Origin: a virus | Taxonomy: Duplodnaviria; Caudoviricetes | Reading direction: 5' to 3' (one strand) | Length of the DNA: 33,654 bases | IMG/VR virus record: IMGVR_UViG_3300037420_000377 | Location: 1 to 33,654 of that record | Part shown: positions 11,124 to 21,494 of the stretch, piece by piece | Position numbering within the stretch: the first letter of the stretch is position 1 | Layout: each line of letters begins with the position of its first letter | The notes under the pieces: model-generated | Databases searched by the model: none | The model's input: the letters and a program-made list of their open reading frames with translations, nothing else | What the model was told of the DNA's origin: nothing | Program-made: the position numbers and the translations under genes

Positions 11124-14100
11124 TTAGACGCGGGATACGCGCACACATTCTAGGGTGATCGTGTCGGCAGCGTTGGCCAGCTGCCCGGTCACGAAGATCG
11201 TTTGGTCGACCGTCCAGTCGAGCGTGAGGATCGTCAGCGTGGACGTGCTGGACCCTGCATACCCGGCACCGTTCAGGTACTTGTTGAGGGTACCCGCGCC
11301 CGTCAGCGCCCTGATTGCCAGAGAGACGAGAGGACATTCGGTGGCCGTGGTCGTGCGGGTCTTGTTGTAGCAGTTCACCGCCGATCCGAGGCTCGTGCCG
11401 ACCGACACGCGAAGGGTCTTGTTGTTCGCGTTGTTCGTGTACGACCACAGAGGCTCGATACGCAGCTCGTCGCCGACCTGAAGCGTGTTCGCCGGGATCA
11501 CCAACGAGTACAGCGTGGTCTCGGTCGTGGTGCCGGTGACCGACTGGGCCGAGGTCTGAGTGCCGAGCCTTCCGGCCAAAGCATCCAGCTTCGTGCCGTT
11601 GAACACGAGGCCTGTCCCGAGACCGACCTCCGAGGGTGCTGCCGCGGATCCGGTCGGGTTACCGAGGATCTTCGACGCAGCGACGTTCTGGATCTTGGGG
11701 AAGGTGATCGCGCCGTTGTCGACGACCCAGCTCGCACCGGACGAGGAGACCGTGATGTCGCCTTTGTCGCCGTCAGTGACTCCACCACCCCCCGAGGCCG
11801 TGATAGTCACGTGGTTGGTCGTGTCGTCGGGCGTCAGAGTGACGTTGGTCCCGGCCTGGAGGATCGAGGCGACGATGTCGTAGACAGCCTCGTCCAGAAC
11901 CTGATTGACCCCGTAGTCTGGGACCCAGGTTCCAGGCGTTCCGCCAACCGTGCAGACCCATTGCCACGGTTCGCCGACGTCGGGGTCCTGGTTGATGATG
12001 CGGTCACCCTTGACGTAGGTTCCGGTCGTCGGAGCCGCGGTCCCGGGGAAGAACTTCCGGTCGTTAAGGCCGAAGCCGTTCGGGAAGTTCATCCTGTTGC
12101 CGCCGACGTTGCGCGTCGTGGAGTTGTAGGTGATCTCGAACGGCCAGAAGGCGGTGTTGCCGCTGTTCAGGAGAGTCCAGAGGAAGCTCGTAGAGCCAGC
12201 CTGAAGGGAGTAGGTAGCATCCCACTCCAGCATGCCGTTGGAGAGATTTAGGTGGTGGGTGCCATCCGCGCTATCGGAGCGGAACTTGCCAACCAGCGTA
12301 CCGTCGGTCTGGTTGCTGAGGACAACGCCTCCGCGCCATCCTGAGCCGAGGAAGCCGCCCCACGCAGTCGTCAGGTTCCCGAAGTCAGACGGGTTCTGAT
12401 CGCTCTCGGAGTAGCAGCCGTACAGCTCATTGCGGGCTGAGGGACCTGAGAGACGGAATGCGCCACCAGCACGGAAGGTCGTTCCGCTGACCCAGTTGAC
12501 GACGCCGTTGTAGGTTCCGCCGACGCCGATGTGCCTCCAGCCTTGGTTGTCGGCTGTGGTCCCGGTCGGAGGGTTGGTCGAACACCAGACCTCTTGTCCC
12601 GAAACGCATGCATAGCGCCTACCGCTGTAGACACAGGCAGTGGGCGTCGATCCAATAGCGCCGTCCCATCCGTTTCCAGAACTGTGGACCGCGACGAGAG
12701 TGATGCCGATACCGGACGGGGACTCGATGGCCCACGTGCGGTTCATCGTGAAGTTGCCGCCCGAGATGCGCCAGACGTTGGTGTCGGCGCCGTCCAGGTA
12801 AGCGCCGCGGCGGCAGTTGCGGACCTCAACGTCGGTCAGCTGGCAGATGCTGGCTTCGCCCTGGTGGGTCGTGTCGCCCGCAGTCACGTAGGCCCAGATG
12901 CCGTCGCCCTGGAACCCATCGATGATCAGGTCTTCGAGCTTGGCATGGGTGCGGATCGCGATGCCGTGGAACTCGCCCTCGGTGCCCGCGTAGCCGCCCT
13001 TGAGCGTCATGTGGCGGACAGTCGCGTCCGTACCGGCACCAATCGCCGAGCCGGAGGAGCCCGTCAGGCCGTCGGCACTGTTCGGGTACTGGATGATGAT
13101 GCCCGCGGGGGTCCCTGCGGACCAGCGGAGCTGAGTGCCTCGACGGCTCACACCCTCGAAGATCATCGTGGTGCGGATGTTGAGGACGGTCGAGCCGAGG
13201 AAGTAGCTTTGCGCCTTACAGCGAAGGATCGGCGAGCCGGAGTACCCGGTGCGGTTCTGGTCGAGGAAGTTGTTGGCCGCGAGGAAGGCAGCGCCGTCGT
13301 CAGTCGTGTCGTCCCCTACCGCGCCGAACCAGTTGGGGCAGACGGCCCATTCGTACTGGCGGACCCAGGCACCTGAGGCACCGGTGGTGTCGGAGGCCGG
13401 AGGAACGTAGACGCCCTGGTTGGGGTCCAGGGTGACCATCGCCGAGAGATTGGCGCTGCTCCAGATGAAGGTGCCTTCGCGTCCAGCCTCACGGAGGTAG
13501 ACGATGTTCGTCCCGGTGAAGCTCGCCATCGCCGAGCGGGTCGACTTGGTGATCGGGAAGCCCGACCCAATGACGCTCTGCAGGGCCGCGACGTCGGAGG
13601 CTGAAGCCATCGAGCGCCCGAAAGTCGACAGGACGGAGGGGTCGATGGTGAACACCGTGCCGGTGCCCGAGATCGAAATGTCGCCCTTGTCTCCGTCCGT
13701 CAGGCCAGTGCCGTCAGCTCCGTGGAGACTGTCGAGCCACTCGGCCTCGGTGCCGACGAAGCCATTGGCGACCGCGACCTCATAGGCTGAAGCGCCGTCA
13801 GGGCCGGTAGCGCCGGTCGCTCCAGTCGGACCCTGAGGACCTTCAGGACCGGTTGCTCCGGTCGGCCCGGGGTCGCCCTGTGGGCCTTGGATGCCCTGCG
13901 GTCCCTGAGGACCTTCCGGACCCTGGATGCCCTGTGGGCCTTGGGGACCCTGAGCCCCGGGAGCGCCTGAGGGAATCGTGAAGTCGAGCACCGCGTCGGT
14001 AGCCGTGCCTGAGTTGACGACTGCAGGACTGTCGCCGGTCGTGACGGCTCCAATCGTGATCGTCCCGACGAAGTTGGCGTCAGAGCCGTTGATCGCGTGA

Positions 14101-14177
14101 AGAGATGGGGACTGCGCCTCGTCCACGCTGGTCACGGAGTCGGGCGCATCCGCCCCCTGAGTGTGGAACGAAGGCAT
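11124..14177 (-). CDS. Tail fibre/tailspike with collagen-like repeats and a beta-helix depolymerase-like domain
   Basis: About 19 Gly-X-Y triplets, [24 protein letters not shown] motif, [16 protein letters not shown] tailspike head, [10 protein letters not shown]...[12 protein letters not shown] module. Confidence 0.9.
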   Translation of the reverse strand: MPSFHTQGADAPDSVTSVDEAQSPSLHAINGSDANFVGTITIGAVTTGDSPAVVNSGTATDAVLDFTIPSGAPGAQGPQGPQGIQGPEGPQGPQGIQGPQGDPGPTGATGPEGPQGPTGATGATGPDGASAYEVAVANGFVGTEAEWLDSLHGADGTGLTDGDKGDISISGTGTVFTIDPSVLSTFGRSMASASDVAALQSVIGSGFPITKSTRSAMASFTGTNIVYLREAGREGTFIWSSANLSAMVTLDPNQGVYVPPASDTTGASGAWVRQYEWAVCPNWFGAVGDDTTDDGAAFLAANNFLDQNRTGYSGSPILRCKAQSYFLGSTVLNIRTTMIFEGVSRRGTQLRWSAGTPAGIIIQYPNSADGLTGSSGSAIGAGTDATVRHMTLKGGYAGTEGEFHGIAIRTHAKLEDLIIDGFQGDGIWAYVTAGDTTHQGEASICQLTDVEVRNCRRGAYLDGADTNVWRISGGNFTMNRTWAIESPSGIGITLVAVHSSGNGWDGAIGSTPTACVYSGRRYACVSGQEVWCSTNPPTGTTADNQGWRHIGVGGTYNGVVNWVSGTTFRAGGAFRLSGPSARNELYGCYSESDQNPSDFGNLTTAWGGFLGSGWRGGVVLSNQTDGTLVGKFRSDSADGTHHLNLSNGMLEWDATYSLQAGSTSFLWTLLNSGNTAFWPFEITYNSTTRNVGGNRMNFPNGFGLNDRKFFPGTAAPTTGTYVKGDRIINQDPDVGEPWQWVCTVGGTPGTWVPDYGVNQVLDEAVYDIVASILQAGTNVTLTPDDTTNHVTITASGGGGVTDGDKGDITVSSSGASWVVDNGAITFPKIQNVAASKILGNPTGSAAAPSEVGLGTGLVFNGTKLDALAGRLGTQTSAQSVTGTTTETTLYSLVIPANTLQVGDELRIEPLWSYTNNANNKTLRVSVGTSLGSAVNCYNKTRTTTATECPLVSLAIRALTGAGTLNKYLNGAGYAGSSTSTLTILTLDWTVDQTIFVTGQLANAADTITLECVRVSRV

Positions 14178-14180
14178 GTC

Positions 14181-14819
14181 TTAGTCGTCCTGAGTGTCGT
14201 AGGCCGGTGAGATGGCCATCGGGCCTGAGAAGGCCTCGTTGATCGTCTGATCCTGGATCTCGGCGAGGGCCTCCTTGAACTTGGAGGCGAACCGGTCGAG
14301 GCGCTCGTCTTCGAAGTGATCCGCGGCGTACTCAGCGGCCCCGTAGACCAGGGCGTCGATGCAGCTCACGGACCACTCGTTCTCGTCGGTGTCGACGGCA
14401 AGCGGCTTGGCGGTCCCGGTGTACAGGAGGCGGACCTCGGTTGTGTCGGATGGGACCGGACGGAGCCGGATCTGACCGCCGATCTGCGTCCAAATGAGCG
14501 GAGTGCCGATCTGGGTGTCGGGGATCCTGATCAGCTCGCCGATGGGGACCCGGGTCAGCTCCTGATCGCCGACGTGGATCGCTTGGACCTCAAGGAAGTC
14601 GTTCGGGACCAGGAAGGCGCCCGCGGCGCTCGCGTCGAGCGTGAAGCTGACGTACTTGTCCATGAAGGACGGGCGCGGGGCATACTTGAGGGGGTCAATC
14701 TGGGGCCAGCGCTCGAGGCGGTCTTGCGCCTGATTGATGAACTGACCGGCAAGCGTGTCCGTGAAATCGGTACGGTTGATCAGCGCCCGTAGGTAATCAC
14801 GGGCTTGCTTGAAGTTCAT
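14181..14819 (-). CDS. Head-tail adaptor protein
   Basis: 212 aa after the capsid genes; INRTD...FINQAQDRLER, PNDFLE, DALVYGA pattern of podophage adaptors. Confidence 0.75.
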   Translation of the reverse strand: MNFKQARDYLRALINRTDFTDTLAGQFINQAQDRLERWPQIDPLKYAPRPSFMDKYVSFTLDASAAGAFLVPNDFLEVQAIHVGDQELTRVPIGELIRIPDTQIGTPLIWTQIGGQIRLRPVPSDTTEVRLLYTGTAKPLAVDTDENEWSVSCIDALVYGAAEYAADHFEDERLDRFASKFKEALAEIQDQTINEAFSGPMAISPAYDTQDD

Positions 14820-14831
14820 GTGAGGGGCGTC

Positions 14832-15158
14832 CTAGAGGCGCTTGGAGGTCGCGATCAGTCGGTCCATGTCGAGGGACTGCAGACGCTGAATGATGTCCGC
14901 GACGGTGATGTTCTTGTCGAAGATGTTGAAGCCCTGGCGAAACCAGTGGTCGACCACGACGGTCGGGATGCGGGCCGCGAGGGCGAAGTTGCCTAAGGCG
15001 TTGTGATCCTGGATGTCGCGAATGGCCGCGATCTCGTCCAGGAAGTCGGCGGGGATCTCTTGGGTCCGGACGATGCCGGTGAGGTTTTCATCCGCGTCGA
15101 ACGTGAAGTCGATCTCCGTGTCGAGGAGATTCGCTTCGCTCCAGTTGTTGGATTGCAT
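14832..15158 (-). CDS. Hypothetical virion-module protein
   Basis: 108 aa between the capsid terminator and the adaptor; QEIPADFLDEI...ARIPTVVVDHWFRQG. Confidence 0.8.
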   Translation of the reverse strand: MQSNNWSEANLLDTEIDFTFDADENLTGIVRTQEIPADFLDEIAAIRDIQDHNALGNFALAARIPTVVVDHWFRQGFNIFDKNITVADIIQRLQSLDMDRLIATSKRL

Positions 15159-15167
15159 TTAGGTACC

Positions 15168-15208
15168 AAAAAATAGCCCCAGGGAGCCGGTGAGGGCCCC
15201 CTGAGGCT
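15168..15208 (-). terminator. Terminator after the major capsid gene
   Basis: 14-bp stem AGCCUCAGGGGGCC/GGCUCCCUGGGGCU then AUUUUUU; same position as T7 Tphi. Confidence 0.9.
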
Positions 15209-15221
15209 GGGAGAGACGTGA

Positions 15222-16106
15222 TTACGTCAGGGCGTTGATCAGGCCCGAGGACAAGAAGTTCTTGTTCTTGAGACCCTTTTCGCCGACGATCATGTGCTTC
15301 TCATTGTCGCCGGTCTTCGCGAGCTGGGTGCGCGAGAACGGACGCAGAGTCACCTCCGACCACATGCTGCCGTCGAGCAGCCAGGCGTTGGTCGACTTGA
15401 GGAAGCGGTTCAGCACGACGCGGAACTCGCCGTACGGGGACACGTAGAGGTCCACGACGTTCACGAGCTTGCTCTCGTTGCGGAAGTCGCGCTGACGACC
15501 GCTCGAGGCAGTAAAGCCAGCGACGATGCGAGCATCTGCGGGCTTGATCATGAACACGTTCGGCTCGGCGCCTTCGCCGTAGCAAGCCTCGGCGCAGTCG
15601 AGGAGCATATCCTCGGTGAGCGCAGCGGTGCCTCCGGCAATCGTCACCGCGGCGTCGACCATCTGGTCAGCGGAGGCGGTGCGGCGAGCAGTCGCGGTGG
15701 CGTCACCAGCAACCTTCGCCTGGCTCACGCCGACGTACGCACGTTCGACGTCGCGCTTGACCTCGGCCATGCCCTTCGCGAGCTGGTACGCGGTCTCCTT
15801 GCGACGACCGTACTGGTCGACAGCGTCTTCGGTCGCCGAGACCTTGATGGTCTTCTCGAAGATCTGCGTGTAGTTGTCGCGCAGGACGGGCGGCACGAGG
15901 GTCGCCTCGGTCGCGTCGAAGCCTTCGACGTTCGCATTGTCCTGAGCGTCCGCGAGGCTGTCCTCGAGCCACTCGAAGTGACGGTTGCGGGTCTTGTCCG
16001 AACCGATCAGCGTCTGGAACGGCGTCTTGGTCGGGCTGATGTTGGAGATGATATCATCGACATCCTCTTTGATGCCGACGGTATCGTAGGTCGTGTAAGC
16101 GGCCAT
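15222..16106 (-). CDS. Major capsid protein, DUF5309/SU10-type
   Basis: YDTVGIKEDVDDIISNISPTKTPF, FEWLEDSL, NYTQIF, LAKTGD; follows the scaffold and precedes a terminator. Confidence 0.92.
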   Translation of the reverse strand: MAAYTTYDTVGIKEDVDDIISNISPTKTPFQTLIGSDKTRNRHFEWLEDSLADAQDNANVEGFDATEATLVPPVLRDNYTQIFEKTIKVSATEDAVDQYGRRKETAYQLAKGMAEVKRDVERAYVGVSQAKVAGDATATARRTASADQMVDAAVTIAGGTAALTEDMLLDCAEACYGEGAEPNVFMIKPADARIVAGFTASSGRQRDFRNESKLVNVVDLYVSPYGEFRVVLNRFLKSTNAWLLDGSMWSEVTLRPFSRTQLAKTGDNEKHMIVGEKGLKNKNFLSSGLINALT

Positions 16107-16140
16107 TGTTTACAGTGGTTTCTTGGTCTGAAGTTGGGGC

Positions 16141-17193
16141 TTAGTCTTCGTCGCCCTCTGCCCACCGGGCCATCAGTGCCTCAGCAGCGGCATCGGTAGA
16201 GCCGGTGTCACGCAGCTTGCGGAGAGCCGCATCGGCGCCCTGCTTGCGACCGAGGTCCTGAGAGGCCTTGGTCTTCGACTTCAGCGGCTTCTTCGAGGCC
16301 TTCGTCTTCTTCTTGATCTGCGTGTTCGCCTTCGACTTGGCCTGGACGTAGCGTCGGGCCATATCGATGATCTTGAAGGCAACCGGGTCGACCATCATGT
16401 CGACGGCCTCCTGGTCCATGCCCTGCGAGACCGCGAAGCTGCGGATGTCGTCGTATAGGGCGGGGGACCAGCCTTCGATGCCGGTGTCGGGGTTGGACAG
16501 GACGTCCATGCACTGCTTCGCAGCTTCCATGAGCTGCTCTTGGCGAGCCTTCTGCGTCTGCGAGAAAACGTCGTCGACCTGGTTCTTCAGGAACATGACG
16601 TCTTCCGCGGCAGCACGGGCCTCGGTGCGTAGTGCGACGAGTTCATCGGGTTCGAGCTTCGACTGGGCGACAACCCAATCGATCTTCGAGTACGGAGCGT
16701 AGCGCTCCAACGCCTTCTTCAGCAGCGCCTCGGAGGCAACTGTGAAGCGGGCACCCTCGTCTTCCGTCTTCTTGCGAAGCTCGGCGACTTCCTGAGACTT
16801 GCGAGTGAGAGCCGCTTCCTGGCCGTAGAGTCGCGTGAGATCCTTTACGGATACAGTGCGCTCCTCGCCGTCGACCTTGACCTTTACGACGGTGTCGAGG
16901 TTCTCGAGGACGTCGGGTTCATCGCCCTCGCCTTCGTCTTCCTCGTCGCCTTCGTCTTCGTCATTGCCGTCGTCTTCGGAGCCTTCCTGGTCCTCTTGGT
17001 CCTCATCGGATCCTTCGGCGGATTGGTCCTCGTCGCCCTCTTCGTCGTCCTCAGTCTCGGCGGACTGACGAGAGGTTTCCTCATCTTCATCCCGGTCGGA
17101 TAGCTTGTCAGCGTCCTTCCACTGGGCGAGAAGGGCTTCAGCCGCATCAAACGGCTGCGTGTCGTGCTCGACGCCCTCGCGGGTAGTCGACAT
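16141..17193 (-). CDS. Capsid scaffolding protein
   Basis: Very acidic N-terminal third, VKVKVDGEERTVSVKDL...LTRKSQEVAE motif, basic C-terminus. Confidence 0.88.
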   Translation of the reverse strand: MSTTREGVEHDTQPFDAAEALLAQWKDADKLSDRDEDEETSRQSAETEDDEEGDEDQSAEGSDEDQEDQEGSEDDGNDEDEGDEEDEGEGDEPDVLENLDTVVKVKVDGEERTVSVKDLTRLYGQEAALTRKSQEVAELRKKTEDEGARFTVASEALLKKALERYAPYSKIDWVVAQSKLEPDELVALRTEARAAAEDVMFLKNQVDDVFSQTQKARQEQLMEAAKQCMDVLSNPDTGIEGWSPALYDDIRSFAVSQGMDQEAVDMMVDPVAFKIIDMARRYVQAKSKANTQIKKKTKASKKPLKSKTKASQDLGRKQGADAALRKLRDTGSTDAAAEALMARWAEGDED

Positions 17194-17220
17194 AGTAGAT
17201 GTCACCTTTGTTTTCGGGCG

Positions 17221-17502
17221 TTATTCAGCGGCGTCGTCGCTGGAGTTCACCATCCGCTCGATCTCGTCTTTTGCTTGGACGCGAGCGTTGAGTTCCGCTT
17301 CGATAGCCTTAAGGCCCTGATAGAAATTGTAGTTGGCCTCTCGCCCGCTGGTGTCGGTGGGCTTGGACTCGGTCCATTGCGCCCATGACTCGAGGCAGAG
17401 GGATTTGATTACGCTCTGGAACGTGTCGTCGCTGAGGAGAGCTTGAGCCTTCAGGCCCTCCTCAACGATATCCATTTCCTTCGCGGTGAGATCCCGCGCC
17501 AT
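17221..17502 (-). CDS. Small helical protein between portal and scaffold
   Basis: 93 aa, G.KAQALL.D..F...RE..Y pattern. Confidence 0.8.
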   Translation of the reverse strand: MARDLTAKEMDIVEEGLKAQALLSDDTFQSVIKSLCLESWAQWTESKPTDTSGREANYNFYQGLKAIEAELNARVQAKDEIERMVNSSDDAAE

Positions 17503-17505
17503 ACG

Positions 17506-17856
17506 TTAGTACAGCCGGGGACGACCGGTCATGTTGCCCATCCCGAACGCGGGCGGGGCGAAACTGCCTCCCATGGCGGGAGGGACGATGCCGGTGTTGC
17601 CCTGTGCGGGCGCAGCGCCGCCTAGGCCGAACCGAGCAGCGAGCTGCGGGAAGCGGGCCTGGAGGCTGGCTAGTAGATTGGGCTGCTGGAGCATGCTGAG
17701 GATGCCCCCACCGCCCAGAGCACCGCCACCGCCGAACGCGGGAAACGGGCTGGCCATCCGGGGACCGGGGCCCCCCTGTCCGCGCTGGGCGAACGCCTGG
17801 GCCATCGGGCTCGCAGCGGGTCCGCCTTGCGGATCCATCATTGTTGGTGAGTACAT
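17506..17856 (-). CDS. Gly/Pro/Ala/Met-rich low-complexity protein
   Basis: 116 aa, fits between the portal and the next gene with 3-nt gaps on each side. Confidence 0.7.
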   Translation of the reverse strand: MYSPTMMDPQGGPAASPMAQAFAQRGQGGPGPRMASPFPAFGGGGALGGGGILSMLQQPNLLASLQARFPQLAARFGLGGAAPAQGNTGIVPPAMGGSFAPPAFGMGNMTGRPRLY

Positions 17857-17859
17857 TGG

Positions 17860-19905
17860 TTATCCGTTCGGACTGATGATTGCGCTGGACTTGATGTTCT
17901 CGTCGGGTGCTTCGTTCTCGGCACGTTCGGCGAGTTCCATCTCCTTCTCAGCGACCTCAATGCGGTTCGCGGTCTCGGCGTCCTTGCGGTCGGCGTCACG
18001 CGCCTTCAGCATGAACTCGAGGGTCTGGAAGCGCTTCTCAAAGTCTTCGCGTACCTCGGCCAGCTGCGCTGCATGCTCCTCCTTCATTGCGGAGATCTGG
18101 AGCTTGCCGTCGATTTCCTTGGCCTGAGCTTGCTTGAGGGCGATCTCGGCCTGAACCATCGGATCCGGCTCCGGAGGAGGCACGGTCGCCGGGTTCGCAA
18201 TGAACGAGTCGACGTCCTTGTGACCCTTGGTCTCGAGGACGCTCTTGTACACGTTGTAGCGCTGCTGGGGCCCATACAGGTGTTGGACCTGAGGGTCGCC
18301 CGCGATCATCTGGTGGATGCCGAGCAGATCCTGGACGGTGGCGTCACGCTCACCGTAGCCGAGCTTGAGGTCGACCGTGGCATAGCACATGTGATCCCAG
18401 TCGGAGGGGTTCACAGGGACCCACTCGCCAGCGATCTTGAGCATGCGCTCCTTGGTCTCGTACTCCATCGCGAGACGGATGATCTCGACGTAGAGCGGCT
18501 TCAGGAACTGATTGGCGAACTCGCGGGCAATCGTCTTCTGACGGATCTGCGAGAGGCCGACCAGGTCCTCGACCATGCCGCGGCTGTTCTGCTTCGAGAT
18601 GGCGTCCTTGTTGAGGCCCTTGGACAGCCGTGAGACGCCGGTCGCGTCCTCCTTGTCGGTGTCCAGCATCTCGATGGTCTGGAAGACGAACGGGTTCATG
18701 TTCGCCTGGTCCAGCGGCATGATGCCGTCGGCCCGAGTGACGTTCACGATCCCGCCGATGCGGTTGTCCAGCAGCTCCCTCGGGTTGGTGAGGGCTCCGC
18801 GGACCACCTTGTAGCGCGGGTTGTTCGTGATCGTCGCGTGATCGATGATCGAGCGTGTCAGAACCGTCTTGGAGTTCTGGATCGGGATCGCCTTCTCGGC
18901 GAGGTTGGCGCCGTAGAAGCTGTGCGGGGTCGGAAGCGGGCAGAACGTGATGAACGGGTGCCGTTCGACCTGTTCGCGCTCCAGGATCACCTTCGAGTTG
19001 TCGTGGACGATGCGCCAGAGCTTCGAGGAGCCGCTGCCGTCGAGATCGAGACGGATGTACGTCTCGTAGATAACGAGGATCTCTTCGGCGCCGTCGCGGC
19101 GTTCGGACGTACGGCCAAAGCCGTCGCTCACCGGGTCGAAGCGCGTGATGCGCTCGGGATCCGTCTCGAGAGTGTTGTCGGAGCCGCGGGAGAGCTTGGC
19201 GATCTTCGCGGGGTCGTACCCCTCGGCCTTCAGCTCGCTGCGGGTCTTCTCCATGCGGCGCGTGATCTCGGCGCCCTTGAGCGTCTTGATCTGAGGGTTG
19301 ACGACGAACTCTTCCGCAGGGACAGGCTCGACGCAGATCTGGGAGTTGTCGACCTTCTCAACGACCGTGCCCGAAATGAGGCCAGTGTCTTCGTCGATCT
19401 CGATCTCGCCAGCCTCGAGCTTGTCGTTCTGGAGGATCGCGGCGAGTTGATCCTCGTCGATGTCCTTGAACTCACGCTCGATCTCGTCGATGCGCTCGTC
19501 CCAGTAGACCTGGGCGATGCCAACGCGAGCGGTGAGGCCGTCGTGGATCACGGCGCTGAACAGTGCGGTGCCGCTGTTGAGTTCGAACACCACGTGGTCG
19601 GCGTACGCCGTGGACATCCGAGCCAGCGGAACGTAGTCGGCTGCGTCCGGACTGAACTGGACGATGCCGTTCCCCGCTGAGAATGTCTCCAGGAGGTTGG
19701 CTTTCAGGCTCTCGACGGTGTCGAAGACGTCGGTGGAGACGTATTTCGAGTTACCGGCATGGACTGGCTTCGGGAGGACCCCGTTGTAGTAGTCCATGAC
19801 CTTCTGGCGCTCGCGGGCCAGCTTGGTATCGAGGAACTTGACGCCGCTCTGGATGGTCTCACGAAGGGACGCCAGGATGTCCTGGTCGGTCTTCTTTCGT
19901 GCCAT
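17860..19905 (-). CDS. Portal protein
   Basis: 681 aa right after terL (TAATG overlap); YYNG...SKYVSTDVFDTVE, TGVSRLSKGL, long C-terminal coiled coil. Confidence 0.9.
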   Translation of the reverse strand: MARKKTDQDILASLRETIQSGVKFLDTKLARERQKVMDYYNGVLPKPVHAGNSKYVSTDVFDTVESLKANLLETFSAGNGIVQFSPDAADYVPLARMSTAYADHVVFELNSGTALFSAVIHDGLTARVGIAQVYWDERIDEIEREFKDIDEDQLAAILQNDKLEAGEIEIDEDTGLISGTVVEKVDNSQICVEPVPAEEFVVNPQIKTLKGAEITRRMEKTRSELKAEGYDPAKIAKLSRGSDNTLETDPERITRFDPVSDGFGRTSERRDGAEEILVIYETYIRLDLDGSGSSKLWRIVHDNSKVILEREQVERHPFITFCPLPTPHSFYGANLAEKAIPIQNSKTVLTRSIIDHATITNNPRYKVVRGALTNPRELLDNRIGGIVNVTRADGIMPLDQANMNPFVFQTIEMLDTDKEDATGVSRLSKGLNKDAISKQNSRGMVEDLVGLSQIRQKTIAREFANQFLKPLYVEIIRLAMEYETKERMLKIAGEWVPVNPSDWDHMCYATVDLKLGYGERDATVQDLLGIHQMIAGDPQVQHLYGPQQRYNVYKSVLETKGHKDVDSFIANPATVPPPEPDPMVQAEIALKQAQAKEIDGKLQISAMKEEHAAQLAEVREDFEKRFQTLEFMLKARDADRKDAETANRIEVAEKEMELAERAENEAPDENIKSSAIISPNG

Positions 19906-21494
19906 TAGATAGCCTCAATGTAGTAGTCGTCGGTGCTTTCGACGGGCGTGAAGACGCCTTCGTGAATGTGGTTGACTAGGGCGAGGGCCGTGACGCAGTC
20001 GTCGTGACAGCCTTCCTCGGCCTCCATGTTGCCGCTCTCGTTGACGATGAACGTCTGCATCTCGCGGAGCGTCGTGCGGTCGTACAACTCCAGCTCGCAT
20101 TCGCGCATCGAGGCGCGGAGCTGGTCGATCACGAGCGGCTTGGACTTGACGGTCGACCGGAAACCTAGGTTGATGGTCTCCTTGTCCTCGACCTTGTCGT
20201 AGACCGTCTCGGTGTAGAAGTTCGCGTAGGCGAGATCCTTGCCCAGGCGGGTACACGTCAGGATGCCGTGGTTGTTGGACTCCACGATGATCCTGGCCAT
20301 GTTGTAGTAGTGGCCGAGGGTCTGGAGGACGGTCGCGAAGTAGTCCGGGTGGATGTGGCCGTGCCAAACGGCAACCTGTCGCTTCTTGCTGTCGAGGATC
20401 TGCGCGACCGAATAGTCGCCTCCTCGGACGCCCATCGCGACGTCGGCGCCGATGTAGTAGGTCTCCTTGGCGTCGAACTCTCGGTAGACGAGAAGCTCGC
20501 CGCGGGGGTCCTTCTGCAACTCGTGGCCGTCAGCGGTCTGCTGCGCGGACATACGGTACAGCGGATCCGGCGGGGACTTCAGGAGACCGGCCAGCTGCTC
20601 ACTGTCGAACACGGGGCGACCGGTGGTCAGGAACGCTTCGTCGGGTGTCGACGGGTACTCCTGCTTGAAGAGGTCGAGGCCGTTCTGGGCGACCTTCTTG
20701 CGACGGAACATCAGCTGCTCGTCGTCGAGGCCTAGCTCGGCCACGAGGTCCTCTTCGTCGGGGGTACGCTCGAAGCCTTCCGGGACCGGCTCGCGGTACT
20801 CGTCCTGGATGAACCAGGGCAGGAAGACCGGGATGTAGCCGTTCGTCCCTTCGACGGCGGCTTGCCACATGTCGTAGAAGATGCCCGAGACGCCGTTGGC
20901 CGTGCTTTCGATGAAGATCGCGGTGCCAGCGGAGTTCGGGATGGCCTGGGTGAGGCCGTTGAAGTTGTCGAGGGCCGAGGACTTGGGCCAGAAGGCCAGC
21001 TCGGATAGGTGGGCGAAGGTGAACGTCTGCGAACGACCGATTGCTTCACCACCCGCGGTCGCGACGGTGTAACCGGAGTCGAGCTTGTCGAACTTCAGCT
21101 CCCGGCGCGAGGAGTACTTGGTCGAGGGCTTGAGGGCTTCGGGGCAGTTGTCGTGGTAGCGCTTCGTCATGTCGAACAGCGCCTTGGTGCTGTCCGCATG
21201 GTGCGTGACGACGATGCCCTGCTGCGCCTTGCGCTGCGAGACCTTGAAGTACCCGTAGGCACCAATGGCCGTCGAGAGTCCCATCTGACGGGCCTTCAGG
21301 ACGATGATCCGGACCTTACCCTCTTGCTCCTCCTGGGCGCGGACGATCTCCGCTAGGCGGCGCTGGGCTTCGTTGAACGAGAGAGGCTTGATCTCTCCGT
21401 CCTTGGTCCGGATCTGCAGTGCTTTTCGCGAGTAGAAGTCGAAGTCGTCTCGAAGCCGCTTCCGCACCCTTAGGCGGGCAGCTTCTTGGCTCAT
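19905..21494 (-). CDS. terL: Terminase large subunit
   Basis: VLKARQMGLST (Walker A), HLSELAFW (Walker B), ESTANG, nuclease motifs GADVA and HDDCV. Confidence 0.96.
   Translation of the reverse strand: MSQEAARLRVRKRLRDDFDFYSRKALQIRTKDGEIKPLSFNEAQRRLAEIVRAQEEQEGKVRIIVLKARQMGLSTAIGAYGYFKVSQRKAQQGIVVTHHADSTKALFDMTKRYHDNCPEALKPSTKYSSRRELKFDKLDSGYTVATAGGEAIGRSQTFTFAHLSELAFWPKSSALDNFNGLTQAIPNSAGTAIFIESTANGVSGIFYDMWQAAVEGTNGYIPVFLPWFIQDEYREPVPEGFERTPDEEDLVAELGLDDEQLMFRRKKVAQNGLDLFKQEYPSTPDEAFLTTGRPVFDSEQLAGLLKSPPDPLYRMSAQQTADGHELQKDPRGELLVYREFDAKETYYIGADVAMGVRGGDYSVAQILDSKKRQVAVWHGHIHPDYFATVLQTLGHYYNMARIIVESNNHGILTCTRLGKDLAYANFYTETVYDKVEDKETINLGFRSTVKSKPLVIDQLRASMRECELELYDRTTLREMQTFIVNESGNMEAEEGCHDDCVTALALVNHIHEGVFTPVESTDDYYIEAI

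Noticed and set aside
13794-13967. Tandem DNA repeats
   Set aside because: Explained by collagen-like Gly-X-Y codons of the tail fibre.
15209-15240. T7 10A/10B-type capsid frameshift extension
   Set aside because: No clear slippery site, and a terminator follows the stop immediately.
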